Shown one piece after another: positions 54,001 to 64,000 of a stretch of 64,000 nucleotides of DNA; the stretch's first letter is position 1, and the number at the start of each line of letters is the position of its first letter. The DNA lies in contig NW_002060951.1 of assembly GCF_000150275.1 (NCBI RefSeq), forward strand, positions 126,775 to 190,774, written 5' to 3'. Both the position numbers and the translations under genes were made by a program. Source of the DNA: Trichoplax adhaerens (taxonomy: Eukaryota; Animalia; Placozoa). The notes below the pieces were generated by a model, which saw only the letters and a program-made list of their open reading frames with translations, was not told the origin of the DNA and searched no databases.

Positions 54001-57000
54001 CAAACATTCCTCCGCTCGAAACCATCCAAAGCTGCGAAAAGCTGACAAAGACGGAAAACCAGACACTCCATGACGTTGGCAACTCAGTGGATCATGATCA
54101 CAATTGATGATATATATGGAAGCATGATCTAATTGGGGTAATAATATAGTGCAAGTGTAATCAGGATGCAGCTAATAATAATATTTTAGCAGATTGCTAT
54201 AATAACTAGAGTATAAAATTAAGAATTAAGGATTTATTCTTACCCATATGTTGTACTAATTTGGCGATATCTTGAAAGGTTTGCGACTTTTTTTTACAGG
54301 ATTTGCAATCATTCTTAGTAAAGATAACCTAAATTTATTGGAGTCATAATAAAATTATAACCCTTGAAACGCTACAAGCGCATTAGCTGGAGAGGTATTA
54401 ACGTAAATCCTATAGACAAGTATCTGGTATAACGCATATAGTTTGTTAACGTAGATTCTACAACTAAGATCTACCGTAATATATACAGTTTAGGATAACT
54501 TTAGCCATGTCTCGATTATTCAAAACATAAATCGCTGACTGTATTTATTTAATCATAATTGTTAATGGCGAGAAAATTAAACGAATAAAGGTGCTTTAAA
54601 TATCAACGGAAGTCAATTCAGCTGATGCTAATGCTTTAGGATTGATTGCATTATTTTATGTGTTTGTTCATTAACTGTATAGGTGTCATCAATGAGTACC
54701 TAATAGCTGATATATTTATTTAATTTAAATCTACTAAAATCAGCTATGTTTTAGAATTAATTAACTAACTAATATCAGACAAGCTGGTTTTAAAGTATCA
54801 GAAACGAGTTATTCAATTGAAACAACCTATTGACGGTGTTAAATAACGTAATGGTAAAAATAATTGATATCTGAACTTAAAGTTGTTATGATAAAATTAA
54901 TTTACTATACGCGGCAGCATTATTTACCATTTAAGAACTTATTGTCGATAGCTATGTAAGAATCGCTACGTTAAATTTAAATCTATCAATATCTGAAATT
55001 TAGTAGGAGCCATTCAATTAATTTCAAAGTATTAGTACTGAGGTATTCTATTAATTTAGCCAGGGCATTGAAGCAAAAACAGCTTGTAAGACAGTGTAAT
55101 ATTGTATTTTAAGTTGATGATATATTTAGTAATGTCTACCGTAGGTGTTGTGTTCAACATGTGATAGATATTCTCGTTAGAGGCTTAAGTATTAAATATA
55201 GCTAGCTTAGTAACTGTAATCCTTTTAAAGAGGAGCGCTACAGTACTCACACTAGAGCTTCACATGAAAGGTGTAAACTATCCTGTATTTGAGATGCTAA
55301 TACTGAAGTGTGTAGTAAGTAAGGTGCTAAGACTGTAAACGCGGAAAAGTATATAAGCGAGTAGTTTTGTATAGTAAGATAGTCCTTTCTCGTTAGAGGT
55401 CCTCAGCTAATAGATTACGTTGTATCTTCGTAAAGGAGGTTTTGTTCAATAAATCTTAATTTTCTAAAGTTTTGAAGATTCTTGATCTATCAACCTCACA
55501 CTGCTCAAAGCCATTAAAATGATGTAAATTAAAGTAATGAAAGATTATAATACTAATTTAGAGCTGTGGTGATTGCTAATGCCTTACCAAAGATATTGCA
55601 ACATTGTGTTGATCATTAGAACGCGATATTCCAGGATAGAAATTTGTTGGCAATTTGGATCTTTCAATAACTTCCTGCCACAAATTATCTGTTATAATTG
55701 GAATTCGACCAACGGTCTTAAATTGGAGTGTTGGCATATCAGTTGACTTTGCATATTTCTCCTTCAATTAGCGCGATAGCAACGAAACCGGACAGAAAAG
55801 TAAAGAATAAGGGAAATTGAAAGAAAAGTATCCAATATACGAACATATTGATTATAAGAACGTTGCAATTTAAACATTTATTACAGTTACTTGTTAGACT
55901 ATAATAAATTGAAATAAGAAAAAGTTACAGCAATATACAAGTTAAATAGCTTAAAGTAAGGTAAAAAGTTCATCAGATGAATATATTCAAATTAATTTAA
56001 AATTTACCATCGTAAGTTTTAATATTTTGGCTTTCGTTGTAAAGTTAGATTTCTTCCTTTCTAGCATTTTTGCCGAATTATGAGCTGTAATCAAATTTTC
56101 TGCCAGATGTAACTCTCGACGCTTTCTGTCTAATATTTTTATAGTCGCTTTACAAGGCACAATTACTGATCTATTAACACTACCAAAATCTTTCAAAGCT
56201 AACACTGAACAGTTTACCTAAAAGAAAAGAACAGTAGTGTAGAAATACCCATCTTTGCCTCAATGCAATTATCACGATATCTTAACATTAACATTTATTT
56301 TAAGATATATTAAACTACTTGAGTATAAATTAAAATCTTACGCTCCGTAGCCTAGTTGCCAATCTAAAATGACATGGAGTTACTGAATCTCCAACTCCAT
56401 CATGGAATGTGACATCAACACGCTTAGCGAAATCGTAAAGAGCATATGGTGTTGGCATCGTATCAACCAGAACTTCATGTCGAATTTTTGCCTCTAAATG
56501 ATAGAAAAGTCCGATAAAAACTTATATTCTAACTATTTCAAAGGTAAAAAATAAAATTGAAATCTTTTATATCAACATTTTTTAGTAATAATTAATCGTA
56601 GTCAAACTACCTTTATTATCAAATGTCTGCCAAAATAGCATCGTAAATGGCAAAATTTGTGTCGCAGCAGGAGGAAACTTCATTACAACTACAAGGCAGA
56701 GCAGATCGAATTCGAAATGATAATAAGGTCAATTACGGTAACATAAGGAGCAAGTAACAGACAAACTCTTTAAACATTTTTCATCGTTTACCATTTCGAT
56801 TGTCATAAATATTAACCATGCCAAATCGCACATTAGAGCCAAAAGTAGAGTAAATTTTATGGGATTGCGATAGGCTAGCGATCATTTTAATAATGTTTTG
56901 CCCCCAATGAGCATAAAAGCAAACGACGAAAGGCTTATAAGTCCGAGTCGGTGTCAGCACTTCTTTCTTAAAATTACCCTTGAATAAGATCAGAGATCAA

Positions 57001-60000
57001 ATACTTAATACTTATCTTATCTCCCAATAGGAGACATAGAAAAACAATGATTGCAATTTAGAGAAATTTTCCGATACTTAAAGCGCCATATTTGAAATGA
57101 TAGAAAGTGTTACACTGATTATATGATATCGAAGCACAATCAGAGTCACTTCCCATTTACTCGTAACACAATGTTACATAAAAATTATACCCACACTTAC
57201 TTCATTCAGAACGATTAATTTGCTCTTATAAGCCGTCATAAATAAATTAATCCTATTAATGTTGATATTGAATTGTCCTGTTAGCTTCAGTAAAGGCCGC
57301 ACATTTTGTAGACCTGCAGCTGTATTGCAATGTATAAATACCATTCAAGAAATCCTTTCATAATATAAAATCGAGCTCGATCTGCAGTAAATAAGAGAAA
57401 ATTTAGGAATTCAATCTCTTACCAGAATTATTTAGGAATAATAAAGTCGGAAAGGTATGGATACCAAATTGCGTGATCAGCTTACTAAATAAATTTCGAA
57501 GGAATGAGATAATTAATTTACTAGATGGAAACATCAAAAATATGCGAAAAAGACTGTAATTTAATAACATTTAGAGAAATGAAGCATTGTATCATCAATA
57601 GATTAAACTTCTTGAATTAAAGATAATTTTACTAGGATTGCTTTTTAATGACATTGTAGATTCATAAGCTAATACTGTTATATGATCATGCCGCAATTGA
57701 TGATTGTGAGATGAAAGGAAAAACTAAAATACATGGAAAGACAATAATAATCTGAAGATATGCTGGTGCCTACTGAGTCTCATATTAAATCACTTTCTAA
57801 CAGCATCTAGCCGTAACCCAATTTCTCGTAGGATTACTGTTGTTAATGCATCTTAGATAGTAATGCTAGCACATAAAACTCAGAAATGCGAATCCTGTTG
57901 GAATCTATTAAGTCGATGTAAACTGATTAATCCATCGGCTTCGGAGGTATAATAACATCCTTAAAGATGAAAAATTGCCAGTGAAAATAATTTAAATAGA
58001 TTTAAATCAGATGCGAACGTATTTAGAAGGAGATACTCAATATCAGATAGTAGCTATATCTCATTTCCCATAATTTGTTAATTCGAAATCAATGGATCAG
58101 ATAGGTGCTAAAAATTGGTATAGCTACATAAAGGAGAGTAATAGTAGCGTGCATAAAGTTTATTAAAAGAAAATTTCCATCAAGAATCTTTAAATACCAT
58201 AATTTTAAAAGAGCCTTATTAACTGACGACAATAAAAGATAAAAATGATTAGGATACCTTTAACTAACTGAGTAGCGTTTATTTTAACTTAGATTTAGCT
58301 TTAAGAATCGATTACAATACAGATCAGTTAACGTTTCCATTAACTTCAGTACCTTCCATCTTCGTTCAGGTGGTTAACGATATAGAAGTGCAAGCTATCT
58401 TTCCATCTAGCTTGTGCCTGTCAGATTCAATAAAAACTTTGCAGTTATAATAATAGCAATGACGTGTCTTAGGTGAGCTAAATGATATTATACTATCTAT
58501 GTACCTGAAATAAAACGTTATCTACTATCTTGGGTTCATGTAATCCAGTAAATGCCAGCAATGTTACACCTTTCTTGGAGAATATTTTATCAGTATTGCC
58601 TATTGTATTGGCCTTTAAACTTCTCTTAAAAGCTTTCGACTGTCGTACGAGTTCAAAAATAATCCAAATAAAGGATTAAAGTTGATATTGCCTTTATTAC
58701 AATGCAACATTAAGTACTTACCATATTCATCAAATACTGGTGAAAATGGTTCTTTGCATATTGATATTTTGTGTTGTTATAAACATTAGGAATCATTAAT
58801 CCGATATGGCATGCCAGTGATGGGATAGTAGATGGCATCATAGAAATATCCGATACTTCAAGCTGTGTATAAATATAGGACATTTTTTTAATTTTTAATT
58901 AATTAATTAGATATCGAATTACACAGGCATTATCTTTTTCATGTATCGAATTTATACTGGTTTAAAAAGGATACTTCATATTATATGCTTATTCTACGAA
59001 TATTACTACATCATACATGATCAAGTTCTACAATTCCATAGTTCCATCTTGCATACGGCATTTCTAAAGAAATTTTCTTCCAAAATTCTGCGAATTTAGC
59101 GGATAACGCTGATTTCGTAACTATATCAATGAAGAAGACGAGAAATTTACCTATTACCGCATATTGATACAGGATTATTTAACACTCAATTGTATACTGA
59201 AGTTATGTTAAGACCTATTTCTATCACTGATGAGGGAATACTTTCTGCATGATTTATAGATTTGATTTTAGAAACTACAGTAATAAGTAATTGCTTTGGC
59301 ACCAGCAAATTAAGGAAGGCAGTATTAGGAGAACGAAAATTATGGCGAAATAATTTGCACTATAAATGTCAGCTGTCAAATTATATTGCTTCAATAAATC
59401 AAGAAACCTGGACACTTTTCAGCTACGATATCTGAAACCTTCATTTATTTCTAAAATGATTATGAAGTATACTTTATATCTATCCTTCTTTCTCCAAGCA
59501 AAGAACATATTAATGTATCTTACTTTGTTGCAACCTTATTTTAAATCCATACTGAATTCATTATATACGAGCATACGGTATAAATGCTTGTCGTAATATA
59601 GGCTTATCTTTTTATTACAAATGTTAAAGTAATTTCTTATGTTATTAAACTCTAACTCTGTCTCTACTCTTATCAAGAACTCTTTCTCTCTGCATTTTCC
59701 CGCTTTCTTTCCACACGTAAGCATGTTTAAGCAATTTCTATGATCTTACAATCCAACTCGTATATGAAATATTAGCCTTACATCAGCGAATTCAAAATCT
59801 AAAATTGATTGCTCTCTGTATATTCGTGTTCCATACAAGTCGATCAGCATTTTTTAATTCTTATTTACGTAAAGCCAATATTATGACAATAAAATTGTTT
59901 CTCTCTCATTCCAATATGTCAGCTTTCCTTCCATTTACGACTTGTTTACGCATTTTTTATGTTCCTGTAATCTAACACTTTCTTTATACACTAACTATTA

Positions 60001-60563
60001 ACACTATGTCAACTTGCCTAATATCCATTTAACTTCCCTGCATATATCTGAGTAAACTATTTTCTTGTAAACGTATGTTAATACGAATCTTATAATATTA
60101 AAACCTAACTCTCTTCTCACTCATTCTGCAATCATTGGCTTTTCCTCTGTACGTAACATGGTTACGTATTTCTTATAAATGTTATAACTTAATCCCATAT
60201 CAATTCCTCTATCCACTCTCTATTTACAGATTAGATTTCTTCTGCACGTAATAAATTTATACACTTCTTCAAGATATTAGAATCTAAAATTATATCTAGC
60301 TCTGAAATTTCCACAAACGAGTATATCAACTTTTTCTGCCACTACAATCTTGTTAACATCTTCGTTTACATGAAAAGCAATCAAAAATTGAACTTACCTC
60401 CTTGTTGTTTACGTATATAGACTGCACATGTTGGCGTTGTCGTTCTGACATTTAGCACATGTGTTTTTAACTCTGAAATGGAAATTTTCGGCAGCTCAAC
60501 TGTATAAGCGAGCTGAAAACTGAAAGCTATCAGGCCAATAATCATAAATATTGAAGACGCCAT
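51051..60563 (-). CDS. Secretory-pathway multi-thioredoxin-fold (PDI-like) protein, ~21 exons
   Basis: Signal peptide MASSIFMIIGLIAFSFQLAYT in exon 60563-60398. Trx-fold signatures in downstream in-phase exons: QFGIHTFPTLLF, NFKKEVL...FVVCFYAHWGQN, VIFTKNDCKSCK and IINCDHDPLSCQRHGVSGFPSLSAF. The last exon ends HWVTTERF*. Confidence 0.8.
52127..52171. mobile_element. 45-bp palindromic MITE, P-superfamily-like, in an intron
   Basis: CATGGACTATTAGAAGAAGAC-TAG-GTCTTCTTCCAGTAGTCCATG has 21-bp arms with 2 mismatches. It is flanked by GTTTGAC and GTTTAAC, a 7-bp TSD candidate with 1 mismatch. Confidence 0.7.
53069..53095. repeat. (TTATCTCT)3 short tandem repeat
   Basis: ttatctctttatctctttatctctta, intronic. 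Confidence 0.8.
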
Positions 60564-60643
60564 ATTGATTATAGCCGGTATACTGGTATATAATTGCCAC
60601 TTGATGGCATCATCCGTGATTCCAGCTAGACTCAATTTCGATT

Positions 60644-60701
60644 ACGCATGCGCCCGGCCTTAGAGCTTTCTTTCGCTGCCTTGGATCGATTGCCTAGCAA
60701 C
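60644..60701. promoter_or_regulatory. Bidirectional promoter with NRF1-like and RFX X-box-like sites
   Basis: GC-richer patch between divergent genes. It contains TACGCATGCGCC (60644-60655, NRF1-like) and ATTGCCTAGCAAC (60689-60701, X-box-like). Confidence 0.55.
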
Positions 60702-62517
60702 CGAAAAGGAGGAAAGGCAGAGCCAACTCCTATCAACTAGTCATAATATTAATAGATCTCGATGGATAGAGACATTATAATACTAATATGCTTAATGTAC
60801 ATCATGCTGACTTGAGTAAAAGGGAAATTAAATCGTGTTATATGATGCAAGTAACGACCAATTACCTCTACAGAAAGTAATATTGAAGAAAGAATTAAAT
60901 TCTCTCTACAAAGTGCGATCACTGAATTGATCATTTGAGCCAATTACTTAACCTTTATTGTATCGATTCTAGCTAGGCAATAGCCAAGTCGCATGATGAT
61001 GGAGTTAATGGTTTTTCAGGTATGTGGAATATGTGTGTAAAACAATCAATCAAGACTGATAAACTAATGTATATGAATTCATCATACTCCGTAACATTAA
61101 ATATATCACATTCAGATAGGCAAGAATCCTTAAAATAGCTCTATCTAAGCAATCCAAACATTACTTTAACCTATCAATTATATTCTATGCTATCTGCTAG
61201 TGTTACAAACGTATTATCACGAAAATAAATCATCAATTTACTTTTGTACTCTTTGTATTTTGACTATAATAAAAGTTCAGCGAAAATATCATTAACTCTT
61301 TTAGTAAAGAAGCTGATAAAGGTTAAATTAATTTCACAACTCTTAAGGAGCAATAAGTCAATAAGGTAATACTATAAATTAATTTTGAAAATCGTACAAA
61401 TAAATAAATCAGAAAGCAGCGATTGTACTTACAGGCTAAAATTCAATAATGTCGATGTCTATTTAAAAGATCTTACAATAAATAATAGTAAATTAATTAA
61501 ACCTATCTACCAAGTTAGAATTAGAGATCATATTTTGTTTACATTAAGAGTGAGGTATGAATATATTAGGTTAAATATTTAACGAATTTAAGCACAGCCT
61601 GTACGTTACCGTATTTAGTACAGTATTTAGCAATAGTAGCGATAAATATCATTAAAGTTTCGAAATTAATGTCACAGTTTCGTAGAGTTGCATATCAAGA
61701 TCATTATAGGAATGCGAGGGTGATTGAAATCGATGCGTATCCAAGCATAGATCTAGCGATTATTTTAAGATTAGTATCACTAACATACTCATAACATTAT
61801 TAATAAAGCGAACATGTGAAACTGAAGATTAGAATTAATATTACGGCATCAAATCCGCTGTTTACTTTTGTTTCAAAGGTAATATCGACTTGAAACTTTG
61901 CGGTCATGCTTAGTAAATACAATTATAGTTACAAACCAATCCTAATCTGTGCACTTAGGGTCTACTGTAATAAATCTGATATTTCAAAGAGAAAAATTCA
62001 AATATAATATACTAAATATTGAAGTCAGCCAATCTTATTTCGTTATAAAATACCATTTTGCTTGTAAATTGCTGTTATCTGTTAATGATTAACAAGATAG
62101 ACAAATTAATCCATATAAATAATTTTTCTGACTAAATCTATTTTAACTTATCTTAGATTTAAAGTCACTGCATTTCTAGAAAGAAAGCTCAGTACATGGC
62201 CTAGCTGCTTCTGCATACATAAATCCCTCTTGATAAAATGTTAGTAATTTACCGAAGCTGTTGGATATCGAGCTAATCCTGACTATTGGCTATAAAAAAT
62301 TAAGTTTCAACCACGTTTAAATTTTGTTGAAGACTACATGTATTGATTATACTTACATTCAAATCAGTCCGCAAATTGATTTACTTCCAATAAATTCAAT
62401 ACCAATCCTATCTTCGCAGATAATCGAAAATAGATTCGATTGCAACTTTTCTATCGTTAATCAAGAGGGCTTTATCGCGATAATTACAACTGATCGAAAT
62501 CGCGATGTTTATTTCTA

Positions 62518-63960
62518 GTGTTGCCAAGATTCGGCCATCGACGGAAAATGAATCTCCACCTTCATTACAGATTGAGGAAGATTCTATAAAAAGTAAAGAA
62601 ACTAATGCCACTCATACCTTCAGCCGAATATATGATGCTGACAGTCAACCCTATCATATCTATCGGGATGCTATATCACCTTTATTGGAAGACTTTATTG
62701 CTGGTTATAATGTATGTATTTTACTATTTGGTGAGACAGGATCTGGCAAATCACATGCCTTCGCTGGTAATCATCATGGAGATTCAGTTGGTTTATTTCA
62801 GCTCATCATTGATGAGCTATATCAAGAGATTGCCACTTTAAAAACCAATAAAATTCGCGCTAGCTACGATCATGTAGATGGTAATGAATTTTTAGATCAA
62901 GCTAGGCCGTCATCAACAGCTAGTCAGCATCAACAATTACAACCCCCTTCTGATGAGTATCATCAACGTCGACGATTATCGCAACAACGCACTTTACCAC
63001 TTTCCCGATCCGGTCAGCGAGTTAAAGATGGATTTATTAAGATATCCATGCAATTTTGCGAGTTATATAATGAAAAAATTCATGATTTACTGCAGCCTAA
63101 ATCTACAACAGCTAAGACTTTGGAAATAAACGAGAGTGAACAAAAAGGGATCCACATTCGTGGTATAACCAGCACTCCCATTGAAGATGCAACCCAAGGT
63201 GTCACATTATTTGAAGAAGCTTGGGCTAGAAGAATCAACGTAGACACAGAATTTGGTCCAAGTAATATTCGCTCATCTGCTATTTTAACTATAACACAGA
63301 CTACGGTAAGATATTGGCGGTATATTCCCAGCTATCATAACGATACGACTAGAGTAAAGTGCAGTTTGATATAATATTTCAAATTCATGACTTTATTATC
63401 TTGTCAATTTATTATATCAATGCATTCACTCAAAATTCACAACTAGAAAGGAGATGCTAATACCATACCCCATAAATCAAAATTAATGTTGGTTGAATTG
63501 CCTGGTGCTGAAAAATTGGCATCAGATCCCAATCATTTGCAAATGAGGGAAGGGAGCAATTTAAACAAATCCCTTATCCACTTTGCATTAGTAGTTAAGT
63601 CATTACTGGATGTGCACCATGTTCCTAATTATAAGTAAGTTAGCTATCTCCATCGAATCTTTTGTAAACCTGATAAGGCAATCATCTACAATTAAGTCTA
63701 CTATGCTATTCTTCAATGCTATGGTCATAATTCGTTCTGAAAACGTTGTTTTCTTTGCCCATTTCTTTCCTCCACGCTGACTACGTAGCAAATCCAAATT
63801 AACTCATTTACTATCAGATGTTCTCGGCGGTAACTGCCAGACTTTGCTCTATGTGACATTGAAGCCTTATGAAACGCCCTATCTACCGACAATTTTGAGA
63901 GCGTGCAACAAAATTTGCAAAATTATTAATTATCCAGTCACCAATGACATCTACGCTCAG
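62518..63960 (+). CDS. Divergent kinesin motor domain (5' exons uncertain, 3' truncated by window end)
   Basis: Exons ~62518-63305, ~63448-63633 and ~63789-63960. Motifs: VAKIRP, HTFSRIY, GYNVCILLFGETGSGKSH (P-loop), ELYNEKIHDLL, KLMLVELPGAEK, EGSNLNKSL, HVPNYNKSKLTHLLSDVLGGNCQT. A candidate first exon ends at ~61019. Confidence 0.92.
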
Positions 63961-64000
63961 GTAGGGATTCAGTAAGATATAATCTCACGCTAGACTGTTA

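Noticed and set aside
55170-55402. Direct repeat ttctcgttagagg (two copies ~217 bp apart)
   Set aside because: Only 13 bp with no further structure; too weak to call an element.

Overview
AT-rich, compact, intron-rich animal genomic DNA, most consistent with a placozoan (Trichoplax-like). That assignment is inferred from composition, short GT-AG introns and abundant TACAG/CTGTA repeats. Spliced genes threaded by eye, in order: the 3' part of an SLC18B1-like MFS transporter (+), HCCS (+), vasculin/GPBP1 (-), a very large CPLANE1/C5orf42 orthologue (+), an uncharacterised low-complexity protein (+), an intronless hAT-transposase-derived gene (+), a signal-peptide multi-thioredoxin-fold protein (-) and the start of a divergent kinesin (+). 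The main candidate for novelty is the 534-aa hAT ORF: its BED finger and reading frame are intact, but most catalytic motifs are substituted and no TIRs were seen, suggesting a domesticated transposase. Non-genic structure includes a modular GTAC(A/T) composite satellite, a 45-bp P-element-like palindromic MITE with a matching solo end 33 kb away, a dispersed 20-mer, several decayed coding relics and an RFX/NRF1-like bidirectional promoter. No tRNA, rRNA or CRISPR array was found. Exon boundaries are manual, and homology calls are from remembered motifs rather than searches.
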